Assembly (NCBI RefSeq): GCF_041956535.1
Contig: NW_027192196.1
Span: 39,380-103,379, forward strand
Reading direction: 5' to 3'
DNA: 64,000 nt
Source of the DNA: Calcarisporiella thermophila CBS 279.70
Lineage: Eukaryota; Fungi; Calcarisporiellomycota
In this document: positions 25,959-39,498 of the stretch, piece after piece
How positions within the stretch are numbered: position 1 is the stretch's first letter
Layout: each line of letters starts with the position of its first letter
Notes under the pieces: generated by a model
Database searches by the model: none
What the model was told of the DNA's origin: nothing
What the model saw: only the letters and a program-made list of their open reading frames with translations
Position numbers and translations under genes: made by a program

Positions 25959-27269
25959 CTATGAGCGAGCCAGGAGTTGATCGTGGTAACGGGTGAGGAA
26001 TTGGAACAAACTGCCGGGCTTCTTATCCCACTGGTTGTGCCAATGATATGAGAACACCTAAGAGAGAGGAGGGTCAGGGCTCCAGCTGCATGTCATCCAA
26101 CATAAAGGAAGCATTTACCTGCATCAAACGCTCGGTCGGGAATTCCGCGTCGACGAATGCATTCGGCATCGAGTTGTCTGCACGGCAAAGCATCGAGTCG
26201 TGGAAACACCATGGCAGCACGCTCCACGGCCGAACCCCATTTTTGATCAGCCGTCTATATACACGATAGTACAACCGGGCCCCCCAATCTATGCTATTTC
26301 GGGTCGGCAGGGGGGAACGGGCCATGTCCGAAAGCATCTCGCAGACATAGGGCGACTTGCGATTGAACCGCATCAGCGCCCCATTCATAGGGAATCCGAT
26401 CGGGCCGTAGCAATCCCACTGACCCAGCCATTCGTGGTGCAGCAACGGGGCCAGATCGCGGACAAACAGAGTATCCATGTCGAACCACACCCCCCCGTAC
26501 TTGTACAGCACCAGCAACCGCACCAGATCGCCGTCCAAATACGCAGACCGATCCTGCAATTGCAGGTGCGAGGAGTTCTCCATCGGCGATCCGCTCGCCA
26601 CCTCCTCAGGCGAGTAGTGGAGCACATGGAAACGGGAGTGGAATTCTGAAGCCAGCTGCTGAATGAGCGGCTCTGAGGCGAGATCGGCATTGCTGGTCCA
26701 GAGGTAGAGCGTGGAGTAGTTGCCGTCCTGAGTGGCAAAGAAGGAGCGGAGCGTCGCAACCTGCTTGTCGCCAAAGGGGCGCAGATCTAGAGGGGGGGGG
26801 GTGGTCGATGGACATGGGTCAATTCTAGGATCCAATCAAGATTTCTTGGCATGAGGGTATAGTTACCAGTCCTCCAGTAGGTGTGATAGATGACCTTGCT
26901 CCTAGGCATCCGCGGGTCCATCTGCAGGGTCGCCGCAAAGTCGTAGCAATCCCAGCCATCGTTAATCCGGATCCCTGGTGCGATGTCAACATAGGTCGCA
27001 GCCGGGAGCATGGTTGTATTGCTCGTCCCGCTCTCGCTGAAGCAGGACGACAGGGGTTGGGCGGCGAGCTGCTCAAGATTAGAGAACCGGGGCTTCAGGG
27101 TGATCTCGATGCCATAGAATGAGAAGAAGAAAATTGCAACCACGAGCGTCAGCAGCACCAGGGAGATCAACACGCTCAACAGACTGGTGGGGCGGAAGCC
27201 CAACACCTGATGTGGATAGAGCGGCTTGTACTGGGACTTCTTGTAGCGTATGAGATTGAAGAGGAGCAT
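25959..27269 (-). CDS. GT32-family (DXD sugar-binding) type II membrane glycosyltransferase, 3 exons
   Basis: TM LLSVLISLVLLTLVVAIFFFSFY, YHTYWR, DLVRLLVLYKYGGVWFDMD, terminal exon VFSYHWHNQW with stop at 25959-25961. Start codon uncertain. Confidence 0.85.
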
Positions 27270-28566
27270 GATGTAGAATACAGGCGTGATGAGGGGGGAG
27301 GACGAGGAGGGGAAGTATGGGGGCACTAGGGGGATGCAGAATGGAGATGGGTTTCTTGTCTCTAATGTTGAGCGCAGTCAAGCAACATAAGTCTCGAGAA
27401 AAGCAAGCAAAACGGATCCAATGGGCCAATGGCTCGAGCCATTTTATATTAAAATGAACCCAAGCTTTACACAAGCAACACTGATTTGTTTGAACCCCTA
27501 ATATGATAAGGATTTTCCGCGCGCTGGGCCATACAGCGCCGGACTCCACACTCCGGCTCGTGCGTGCGTCGCCCGAGGAAGCTTGCTGCTCCCGCCTTCT
27601 TTCATGGAGCCCCCCGACGCTCCAACGATGCAACGCTATCCACATTAACTCTAACGCGCCGCTCGGATAAGCCCCCTCGTCCCTCCCTTGCCTTCTCGAC
27701 ACTAGTGGCCGGAGCCAAATTCAGCCACTCCCCGTCGGCTACTTACAGCCAACCGCAATAACATACTCAAAATACGAGGGTGGCCAGCGGGTCATCTATT
27801 AAGGTCGGGGCGTCGCTTTACTTCTTCTCTTACAATCTTGGCTGCTGTAGTGAAATGAATGTCCAACGCATCGGCGATTTGATAAGAAGATTTTCCCTCC
27901 TTTGCGAGCTGAATAATGTTAGCACGAATCTTGTTTGAAAGAGGCTTAGGTTAAAAATCACAAATAGTGATTAAGTTGTTTTAATAAACGAGAAGCGAGA
28001 GAATAATATCAAATATATGAACAAAGAGCATTCAAACATCAAAATGGTACCATAATCCAAAAAAACGGCAAAATATAGATATGCATTTTTTTCAAATTCA
28101 GTACCCCGGTAAACCGGTTTTCTTTCTATAAGCCAGGGTGGCATATACCTCTGTAAATAGTGTGGGAGCTGTAGATTTTTCTCAACATATTTTCAGTGTT
28201 CCCTTGAAAGGAGCTACTGAAATATTTAGATTTTAACAAAGTATATCCATCTGTGACTATGTTTTTGCGGTCGGCTGTCTATACGAATCTTATTTTCTGG
28301 TACATTATTGCAATACGTAATAAGCGCCGGCGTGACACGTGTGGCAGGGCATTCTGTATCCCCATCCACCCTCTCTTGCATGAGTTCACAAACAGAGGAA
28401 AAAAAATAACCTTTAATGCCGAATGAAGTCAACACGGTAGCAAGAATAACACAATGCACGACAATCGTTCGACGGTATCCATAATTCACACAAGAACGAA
28501 TGACAACGACAATTAAATAACGCTAATAAATACAAGACAAGCATGTGATAGGCTAGCCTCAATGGC

Positions 28567-30273
28567 TTAGCCCTGCCGCTGGCTCCCTTCCTCAGCAAGC
28601 TTGTTCAGCAGATCCGAAATCCACCGGCCCCACCCTCGGATGGGTATCCGATCGCGCTGCACATCGGCGTACAGATCGTGCAAGTCGGGCAGGTCGACGG
28701 GGCGGCCCATGACCTGGAAGCTCATCTTGACGGAGAGGGCGAGTGACGAGAAGTACATCTCCTTGAGGGTGTCGACCTGCGCCAGGTGCGAGCGCATCGC
28801 TGCTTCAATGCCTGCCCCCTAGAGCATTACACAAGGGGAAAAATTAAACCTCGCTTTGACATTCTTGGAAACATGGTGAATGAAAACAAAATTTTGGTTA
28901 CTTCTGCTTCCTCCCCTGCGTCACGCTCCTCCGCATCCGAAAAGAGTTTCGCTTGGGCGACCATTGCTTGTACAAGGTTAAGCTGCTGAGCTAGTGTGTC
29001 CGCCGAGGCCATCCTCTCAATCCCCTGTGCATTGCAACGGTTACATTAATTGCGCTATTCAATCCGTGCTCGGGGTTAGACTAGTTACGTATCGGGGGCA
29101 GTCACGCTCGGCCGCGCCTTTGAATCGCTGGTCGCCCAGGTCAACCGCCATCGCCTGCTGCGGAATCGCCTGCTTTGCCAAGGCGGTGGAGAGGGGCCAC
29201 GCCGAGCCAGCGCAGTAATAGGAGACGCGCAGGAACGGGCCCGTCCGGATGCCCTCGAGCAGCTTGCCGGCACGGTGGAAAAAGTGCACCGAGAGGAAGT
29301 GGAGGCCGGGTGAAAGCTTCACCTTACCCTAAGAGTGAAAGCGGGTGAGCCAAAAATTCGCACTCCATAGCGAGCGGGCACTCACCCATTTCTCTCGGCA
29401 ATAGTGCTTTGAATGAGACGCCAGAGCAGTTAGGGCACGCTCAACAACGAGGCAGGCAGGGCATACTTACGCGTCCGTCGTTGTCCACGACCTTGTTCCC
29501 ATCGATGAAGAGAGAGCTCCCGTCGTTGGACTCGGTGTAGAACGTGTACAGGCCGCCCCTCTTGACATCCAATAGCGTCCTGAATCGCACGGCGTAGTTC
29601 CCTATTCCAATCCTATGTCAATGCTACGCACGGGAGATCGAATTGAGGGGGAACAAAGCATGAATACCGTTGGCCGTGTGCTCATCCTCAGCAAACACTT
29701 CAGACTCGCTGGCTTCATTCACAGTGAGATTGGGAACAATGCCCACTTTCTAAGGGATGGAACAGGTTTAGAATTTCCCTTTCTTCTTCCATTCACTCTA
29801 ACCGGTCCCAGTACCAACCATGCAGTCCAAACCTTCAAAGTCAGGAATGGATTCAAATTTTCCAGCAAAATACTCGAACAATACCCCCGGTCTCTTCAGA
29901 GACTCCTTGGAGGCTTCTATCTGTGATACTTTGATGTCGTTGTCATGACTCTGTGCAGTGTTGGGCTGGACATTATCGGCAGAGACCTCGGTCTCTTTAG
30001 TAAGCACCCCCGTCTCTTCAGCTTCTTCAGCATCAGGCTGAGCTGAAATGTTCTGGTCGGGATGGAGCTGATTAGGGTTCTCCTCAGACTCGAATTGCGC
30101 TATGGGCGGCAATTTGTCCTCATCCTTCTGGCCCAGCTCATCTTTCAGATCTTCTAAATCATCAGGCTAAATTTCCATGGTTAACAATGCGGATGTATCC
30201 AGGGGGGGAAAGAATGCGGATGAACCTTGACAGTCTGGACAGTTGTCCGATTGCTCATCCACCAAAATGCCAT
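28567..30273 (-). CDS. PA14-domain protein with acidic N-terminus and unknown C-terminal helical domain, multi-exon
   Basis: PGVLFEYFAGKFESIPDF...NYAVRFRTLLDVKRGGLYTFYTESNDGSSLFIDGNKVVDNDG...GKVKLSPGLHFLSVHFF fits the PA14 consensus. No signal peptide; start inferred (MAFWWMSN). Confidence 0.75.
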
Positions 30274-30896
30274 GCTGGTGTCGATGGGGCGCTAATCCCG
30301 TGGAAAAGCAGCTATGGTTTAATAAAAAGAAGGGGATGAATCTTCTAAGAATAGGCGTTTGATCGCACTGCAGTGTCATGCCAAAAGACAAATTAAATTT
30401 ATTCGTGGATTTCCATACCTGTTTCAATTCTGGACGGTCGGCAACCCTAACCATGTGGGCACATTGCCCTCTTAGCACAAGCTGTCATCGCCGCCAGCCT
30501 CTCTGTCGCCGGCGCTGCTAAGAGTATGCTCCGGTGGCCGCTATTTTCTAAGCGGGTGGCAAAAGGCTATCCATCCTCCAATTAATCCTAGCTGGAGAAA
30601 AATGGTCAAATCAGGACTGCAGTCCTAAAGGCCGTTGTTCTCTCATTAGCATCAGGCCTTAAACCGGCTTTTACGATGGTCCTCCACGGCCAGCGCTGCT
30701 TCAAACGACTGGATTGCGTCCGCCGAACAATGCATGCTATGTATGACTAGTGTGTAAAGCGCTATACTTTTCACTTTAAGCTCGATTGCCCGAAGAACAC
30801 GTCAATTTTTTTCGTTTTGGAATAGTTTCTTCCCCCGCTTGCCGTGACTCTGAAATTGACGCGAGTCCACGCTCTTCGAACGAACTAGAGCATCTC

Positions 30897-33800
30897 ATGT
30901 CCCTGATACAAAAGCTGGCCATTTGCGGCATAAGATCGTTCGATCCGGGAAGCCACACTGTCATCGACTTCCAATCCCCTCTCACACTAATAGTCGGGCC
31001 TAATGGGGCGGGGAAAACGGTTGGTATCATGCCTTGTTTTTTTCGCGTTGATCTCGTAACTCAATGGAAATGGACTGATCGCTATGCATCATGGCCTTAG
31101 ACGATTATCGAATGTTTGAAATATGCTACCACAGGCGATTTACCACCTAACAGCAAAGGAGGCGCCTTTATTCACGATCCAAAGGTCTGTTTTTTAATCT
31201 CTGCTGTGGGCCCTTCTCACGACCTGCCCTAATCAATGTGTATTGTTAGGTGGCCGATCTGCCTGTGGTAAAGGCCCAGATAAAACTCAAGTTCCGTAGT
31301 GTCACGGGACAAGTCATGGTCTGTACACGATCACTACAGCTTTCCCAAAAGCGCTCCAAGGTGGAGCAAAAAACTTTGGACGGCGTGTTGATGACGAGAG
31401 ACCTAGAAACGGGCGAGGTATTTTAAGAAATTCAAAGGTCTTTTTTCTAGCTCACTCATAGCTATATGCTCCTTATATCTGTCCTTATATCTGGATAGCA
31501 CGTCGCACTTGGATCACGGTGCGCAGAACTGGACGCCGATCTACCGCATTTTCTAGGCGTGTCCCGCGCTATACTGGATAATGTCATCTTCTGCCACCAA
31601 GAGGAGTCCAACTGGTTCTACACTATGCGTTCTTTCGTCTCTCTTTACTTTGCTTATGCGTACTTGTTCTCCTCCTCACATTTAGGCCATTGTCGGAACC
31701 AAGCGTTCTGAAAAAGAAATTTGATGAGATCTTCTCCTCTATCCGGTACAGGATGAATCGGAATGGATATGTCTGAATTTATTTGATACTAATATGTCTC
31801 CGGTGGTGTCTTCTAGCTATACCAAAGCCTATGATAGCATTAGAACCGTGCGGAAGGAAATGGTACAGGAGCTGAAGTTGGACCAACAAAAACTGGATTT
31901 TTTACAAGTAGATAGGAAGAGAGCTGACAAGGTACACCCCCCTGTTCAGTATCCGAGGACCGAGTTTCTAATGCTCTACTATTTTCGCATTCAACAGGCC
32001 ACCTCCGAGCTCGAACAAGCGCGCAAGAACATTGCCAGAATAGAGGAGCGTTCAGCCAAGGTCGAGTCGGATTTAGCTGACGTGACCCACCAATGCAACG
32101 AGCTCCTTGAGAAATACGGCGAGCACGAGAAGATCAAGGCGCGGCTCGATCAGCTTTTGCACGAAAAGTCCGTGATGGAAGCAACCCTCACCGATTTGGA
32201 GGAAAACTTCACCCCTCTAAACGGTAATGCTTCCACTCTAGGTGGTGTTTTTCTCCTTCTCCCAACATCTTACGTTTATATCTGTGGATAGAATCCGAAG
32301 AAGAACTTCAAAAGTTGGTGGAAGAGCAACGGCGAAAAATCGAGTCCCACGACAAAGTGCGCAGCGAGTGTGAAGCAACCGTGCAGGAAATCACTGGAAA
32401 TATCACCCAGCTTCGACGAGAGCTATCCAACAAGCACACAAACCAGGGGCGTCTCGTGGCTGAACTCGAAGTAAGTCAGCCTTGCATCCAAAAGGGTACA
32501 CGCGGGATTGGTAGATTGGTCTTTAATCTTATTGCAGGCTTTCGACCGGCATATCCAGGAGCGAGTACGCGTTATGCGTGATGTCGGACGCGCGTTGGGT
32601 TTGGATGAAGCACTTTTCTCCGATGACAATGTGGACGCCAAACAGTTCACAGAGCAAATCGAAGAACAGCTCCACCAGCAGTCCAATGTGGTGGCCAATA
32701 TCAAGGCAAGCTGAAGCTACATTATCTCGTACCCGAATTGCTATGAATAGATTAGATCTAACCCTATGATTGCAGAAAGAGGCCAAAGAAAAGGAAGCCG
32801 AGCTTATGAAGAATCTTCAATCCCTGAATGCTAGCATTGCATCCATTCGAGAAGTGAAAAAGCACCATGAGGCACTGAAGGTCCATATTATTAAGCCTTT
32901 TCTTTTTGTTGATGGAATGATGCATATACTTAACTCGACCATGTCTCTTCTCATCTAGGCAGTCACCCTTGAAAAAGTGAAGGACTGTACGATCGAGTTG
33001 GAAAATCTTCAATTTTCTCTTTCCGAATCGAACGCACTAGAGGATAAATTACGGGAAGAGGTATGGAGCTTTCAACTCCATAGATCCATCCACACACTCT
33101 CTCCTAACTAGGCCGTTTGTTCTATAGAAAGCTTCTCTAGAGCAAGCAAAGGTACAGTTTTTAACCAGCGATATCGAGGATGTGCTACAGAGAAAGAATC
33201 GTGAACTGAGAGAGGTGGATGATGCGATCATCTCGCTGAACAACAAGATCGCCAAGCTGAGCCGACAGAGTGACACCTATGCCCGGCTTGGATTGATGAA
33301 GTCCGAAAGAGAAAGGAAAAAGACCACGCTGCGTAACCTGTAAATTATAACCATTTTCTCCTCCTTTTTTTGTGAGATGATTGATGAGGTCATTTAGACT
33401 TGCCGTGTGCGGTCCGAGCTTTGACAAGCTTAACCTCAAGGAGACAGAAGGCGAAAACTTGGAAAAGAGAGTGGAGGCCATGATCAAGTAATTGGATTTT
33501 TTTTTATCATTTTACATTGGCCAACTAGATAAAATTGTGAAACCATGGTCCATAGGGAAAAGGAAGAAGAGCTCACGGAGAAGACGGATGCATACCGGCA
33601 TATAGGATTTGCCTTTACCGCCGCAAACACCAATCTCAATGTAATGCAGTCTAGAGCGGATGCAATGTCCAAAGAGCAAGAAGGTTTATTCCTGATTGAA
33701 TAGGAGAGCATGGGTTGGATTAATGGAACTAATATGCTCCCATTCTATAGAGAAGAAAAATCGCCTTTATGACTTGTTCGGCGATCTGAACCTGCCCGAA

Positions 33801-36675
33801 GCGCTCAAGCAGGTCGAGGAAGAGACCCAGAAATATCAAGAGTAGGGGATCTGATTTCGCTTATTTTGAGGACTGTAGCCCTCAACTATTTTCTTCTCCA
33901 TGGACAGGATGTTTGGACAAATTCAGAGTGCTATCGTCATGTACAAGTCATTCCTTGCCAAGGCAGGCAGAGGAAAGAATTGTCCGTTGTGCCTACGTTC
34001 ATTTGCAAAGTCAACCGAGTTGGATGCCTTTATCAAAAAGGTATATGCCATGATTTTTCTTCATTGAGGGGGGGAGACTCGTTCCCTATAACACATTTCC
34101 TTTTATTTGAAAAATTTATCCTTTGTAGCTTGAAGACAGCCTGAATACCCTTCCAGCTCGTCAAGAGACCGTGGAAACCCAAATCCAAGAGTTCGGGCAG
34201 AAGCGTAAACGGTACATGGAACATCTGCATGACTGGGAGCGAGTAAATCATCTCTCGCAAAAACAGGCGTTGTTACGGGAGGAAGCATCGGTGTGTGAGT
34301 CCCGAGCAAAATCCTTAAGAAACAAACTAAAAAAGGTGATATGATCTTTACAGAGACGATCCACTCTCATCTCTAATACCTACCTCCCTCCCCTCCTCTA
34401 GTGTGATGAGGAAGAGGTGACAGCCAAGAGGGAACTTTCCGAGCTCCTCTCCCTGCAAAAGAAGGTGGAAGAATGTGCCCGACTGCAGCGCGAGATCCGC
34501 CAACTTGACAGCATTATCGAAGATTACGAAAGTGAACTAAGTTGGACCGGCTCCACCAAGACCATTGATGAATACCAGCAGGAATACGATAAACTTCAAG
34601 ACCAGGGGTAAGCACGCTATTGGAACATTTTTTACGGGGGAGAGACGAGTCTTTCTCAACCGCCTCCTCTGTGCATGATAGCCAAGCGCTTCGGCGCGAC
34701 ATCCAGCGTCTCCATCACGAAATGGTCACTCAGCAGCGTGAGCTATCGCTTCAAGAGGCTCGAGTCCGGGATGCCAGTGAGCAGCTCTCCAGCATGAACC
34801 TACAGTTCCATCAGCGTGAACAGTTGCAGCGGACCCTCCAGACCCTGCAGGACGAGCTAGCCAAGACAGAAGAACATATCCAGGTATGGACCGAAAGATC
34901 GTTGCACGCCCGTTTTATATTATGGCTCGATAACTCACTCTTGAACCCCCTCGTTCACAGGAATATGACCAGCAGCTCGCAGAGCTCACCCCCCAAGTCG
35001 AGGATCTGGAGGAGCGCATTCAAATCTCACGCTCCGAATACTTGGACAAAGAGACCAAGGCCCAGGAGGAACTGTCTAGAGTGCAGGGCAATCTCGACCG
35101 TCTCCGGGCCATTGAGCGTGAAATTGCCCACTTTACGGAGCGGGATCTCCACGGTCAAGTCGACCTGTGCAAGTCGGAGGTTGACTCGCTCGAAGTCGAA
35201 CTACACGAGGCGGCTACCCGATTAGAGCTGGCAGAAAAAGAGCTCAGTGGGCTGGAGAGACGCCTTTCGGAGGTTAAGAATATCGAGCGCAATGTAAGCG
35301 ATAACCTGCGCCAAAGGCATCTGCAGCGTGAATTGCAGCGTGTGCAGCGCGAACTCGCCGAGCTACACGAGGTTGCGGACCAATACGATTTTGAGCAATA
35401 TTCGGTGCGGACACAGGAGCTGCAAAACCGCCAGTCGAGTTTGATTGCAGAGGTTTGCAATAGTCGAATACTGGGACATTCGTTGATGGTATTGACTGAA
35501 TAACGCACTGCGCTGTCTTTTTTTTAGAAAGGAAGTCTGCAGGGCGAGCTGAAGCATCTGGAGGACCAGGAACGGAAGCTTGTGAGAGAGCTAATGACGG
35601 AGTATAAAGATGTGCAAGGGAAATACCTTGAGCAAAAGATTCGCGTCACGGTAAGTAGGGAGAGTTGGGCACTATGCGTGGCTTCTGACACGATTGGATG
35701 TATATAGCTAAGTGAAACGGCGAGTCAAGATCTAGAAAAATACGCCAAGGCGCTGGACAAGTAAGTTCCTATCCGAAAGTTGAAAAAACGCGCCTTTTTG
35801 CTAACTCTTGACATTGCCTATCCTCAGCGCCATTATGCGATACCACACAATGAAGATGGAGGCCATCAACTCCATCATCGAAGAGCTTTGGGTTGGCACC
35901 TATCAAGGAAATGGTAAGCCGTTTTATTGGCGCTTGTGGGGAATTTATTCTGAGGCCTTCTCTTCGACGTATTTTTAGATATTGATCGAATCGAGATTCG
36001 GTCGGATAATGAGGGCGTGAGAGCCGGGAGCCGATCCTACAACTACCGGGTGAGTTGCATCGGTCTTAGCACCGCCCTGCCCCCTTCCCATGTCCTAAAC
36101 CGCTTTTGGTTCCTAGGTGGTAATGATCAAAGGAGATACCGAGCTTGACATGCGTGGCCGCTGTAGCGCCGGCCAGAAGGTCTTGGCTTCGATTATCATC
36201 CGACTAGCCCTGGCGGAAACTTTCTGCGTCAACTGCGGGATCCTTGCACTTGACGAGCCAACCACGAACTTGGACATTGAAAACGTGAAGAGGCTAGCGG
36301 AGAGTCTGGCCAAGTAAGTTTCTGCACGTGAAGCTTATCGGGTAGAACCGCAGCTGCTAACGCACGATTTACTAGCATCATCAAGGCCCGTCGGAATCAG
36401 AAGAATTTGCAGCTCGTGGTCATCACGCACGACGAGGATTTCCTAAACATGCTGGGGCGGTCCGCATTAGCCGATCACTACTTCCGTGTATACAAAGACA
36501 GCCGGTAGGTGGACGACTTGGCGTGCTTCTTTGTTTACGCTTTGTTAAAAAAAACAATCACGAATCCACTAAGCACCATCTTCTATATTCCATTTCCCCT
36601 TCTTCTTCATCTCACCACAGGCAGTGTAGCGTGATCGAGAAGCGCACCATCTTGAACGACAACAATCTCCTCTGA
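30897..36675 (+). CDS. RAD50: DNA repair protein Rad50, many exons
   Basis: [39 protein letters not shown], zinc hook CPLC in the coiled coil, [43 protein letters not shown]. Confidence 0.97.
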
Positions 36676-37275
36676 GTTTGGATCCCTTGCTCGCTTCTGG
36701 TTATCGATGTGTAAGCGCGCGCCAAGCATTCTAGGGATTTCAGAAGATGCATCTTTTCCAAATAGAACACAAATTGAGTCAAACCACATCAACTTAGAAT
36801 TCGAATATTCCGCAACCTTCTGAAATAGAGCTGCCCAATTAGCTAATGAGCTGGCAGGGGGCCATCGATTTCTATATATGACATAATAAAAAAAATTCAT
36901 CAAAAATAGATCTCAACTCCGAGTGGCCACGGACCCCGAATCAGGCCCTCCCATTGGTGTTTCAGAACCAAGGCTCCCGGGTATGAGTCAAATCAGAGGG
37001 CCATTTCAGACTCCAATCTGAAGGCTCTGTTTACCATAGCCTCCCTCCTTGCTGCAAAAGTTTCTTTTCCTTCTTTCTTCTCCACTGCTCTACGCTATGT
37101 TTAGCATGCTTCTCTTCCTCCCCCCCAGTTGCTGTCACTGCATTTCTTGGCAGCATTGGCCTTGGCGTTGACCAGGACTGAAATAGAATTTTTTAATATC
37201 CTGCTGCGGTGTTCCGTGGGCTTCTGTGGTGAAAAAAATAGTCCATATAAGGAAAATAGAATGGTTTGCAGAAGG

Positions 37276-37337
37276 TTTCCAGAAGCTTCAGAAATCCCAT
37301 ATTTGGAACTCCGCACTTGATTTCAAAACTTATAAAA
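37276..37337 (+). promoter_or_regulatory. Heat-shock element plus TATA box of the USP gene
   Basis: TTCcaGAAgcTTC (37277-37289) is a perfect three-unit HSE; TATAAAA at 37331-37337; ATG at 37454. Confidence 0.55.
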
Positions 37338-37453
37338 GGACCGCCAAATTCACGAACCCAGGGATTCTTTACTCAACAATCAGAGTTTCAAATACAAACC
37401 ACTTCTCACCTATCCAACAACTACAAACAGCAAAACAACAAACAATATCAAAC

Positions 37454-38032
37454 ATGGTCAGCCTTACTCACTCTACTCCAAACTCCCCACGCCTCTCTGC
37501 TCGCTCCTCCCTCACTCGCCCTCTGGAGCTGCACCAGCGACGACGAGTCCTCATCTGCCACGATAACTCTGCATCCGCTGCATCCGGCTTCGAGTGGGCC
37601 CTCCAGAACGTGTTGCGCCCAGGAGAGGACCACGTCATCTTGGCCACTGTGGTAGACAAGCAAGAGACCTCCATCCTCTACGCCGGCCGCCCCACAAGCG
37701 GCCGCCGACTTTCTGTCGCCGAAACCGACGAGGCCACTGAGCTGCTCCGCCCTCTTGCAGACAGACTTGTAAGCCTTGGCATCACAACCCAGATCCACGT
37801 TGTCCATGGCGATCCTAAGGAGAAGCTCGTCAAACTTGCTGAGCTTGTGCGCGCAGACATGGTCATTGTTGGCTCCCGCGGTCTCGGAGGTCTCAAGCGC
37901 CTTCTTGGCAGCGTCAGCGACTACTTGGTGAGACACTTGGATATTCCGGTTATCGTTACCAAGAACCGATCCGTCCAGAGCGTAGACATGGGCCGACGCC
38001 GCTCCACCATTGGAAGCATGTTCTCGCTCTAA
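37454..38032 (+). CDS. Universal stress protein (UspA domain), intronless
   Basis: RRVLICHDNS...FEWALQNVLRPGEDHVIL...HGDPKEKLVKLAE...DMVIVGSRGLGGLKRLLGSVSDYLVRHLDIPVIV. Confidence 0.92.
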   Translation: MVSLTHSTPNSPRLSARSSLTRPLELHQRRRVLICHDNSASAASGFEWALQNVLRPGEDHVILATVVDKQETSILYAGRPTSGRRLSVAETDEATELLRPLADRLVSLGITTQIHVVHGDPKEKLVKLAELVRADMVIVGSRGLGGLKRLLGSVSDYLVRHLDIPVIVTKNRSVQSVDMGRRRSTIGSMFSL

Positions 38033-39498
38033 TTACATCGCTGACATCCTCGCCACTCTATCATTGTATATCACCGGCACGTCTCGTCTAACTATTTAAC
38101 CCTATACACACGCCCAACTTATTCTTTGTAAATACTCCCTCTTTTCCGCCTCTATTTCACTTTTGATTATTATAATTTCAAAGAAAGTTGGCATTTCCAC
38201 ACAATATTTCATGAGCTTATTCATATTCATATTTTACACTGCCATAATTATTATTCTTAGTTAACTGGATTCACCATTATTATTACACTATATTTCCATT
38301 GGACGTGCATTTTTTTTTTCTCTTTCTTAATAATGATAATAAACCAATATTGGAAACGGAAATTCATAGTTGAAAATGAATCTATTGCTATTGCAGAAAT
38401 GTTTCTCGGGAACTTGGTTTCTATGTGATTAGGACGCGAAAGAGCAAGAATCTGGTCTAGCTCAAGCAGCTGAAAAGTGAAGATGGTCGTTCATTCTTCC
38501 CATCAGCAATCAATAGAAGAAGGTATATCGTTGGTTGAGAGGAAGTTCCCTAGTGAAATTAGAATGAGATAATCATTATCAATGATTTCAAGTTTTGCGG
38601 CTATGCGGCAGGAACTATCGAGGCGGGAAAGGTGGTTTTTTCCTCGAAGCAACAATGTTCATGTTTGGAAATGATGTTGCTTTTTACTCACCCCTCCGAT
38701 TCCTCCCTAGTTCGAAGTTAGGTAGAAAGAAACTGTGTTAAAATGATTTTGTAAACAATTCCATTGGCCACAAAGAAGGCAACAAAGAATGCTACTGAAA
38801 ATATGTCCAACTTTGTTTTTATGTTTTATTGCCTATATTTCTATCAAGAATGATACTTTCCCGAGCGGCAGTTTAATTGTTCAAGGTTATTAGGAAGGAG
38901 TAGATACGTGGTAGTGGGTGAAACCGTAATGTAATCCACTGGGATTTAATAATAAAACTATTTGTGTATTATTCCATCCATTCAGTACCATTCAAAAAAA
39001 TATATCGTTATCACGTGTCACTCTTTCCTCTACTGTATATTCTTAGTATCGTAATCCGACCAGACTTTGGTTTCCCTTTCAAAATTGTGCAAGATTTTAA
39101 AAATCAGGGTAATGTAAATATCTAAAGTGCAGTCCATGAATCTATTTTATTTTGAGCAATATTGAGTCAATGGAATCTCTTCGATAGAGCGATTGAATGC
39201 ATAACCTGGGTGGTTATTTTGGCACACAGCTTGCCCATATGAGGTGGAGCAATCTGGTTCACAGTTTGGAATCTGTGGCGGTGCTAATTCGTGCTTGAGC
39301 GCACTTGCTTCTGGCAGATATTGAGGGTTAGGTTAGAACTTAGGTTAAAACTTTTGGATTAAGTTACATACACAGGATGTAACTATGGAAATAAGTTAAT
39401 TTCATTGTATTCATATAAATAGACTTGCCTTTTTTCGATTTCCTTGCTTAATCCTACCGATCTTTCACTCTATTTTCCATTCTTCCCCCCTTATTGTA

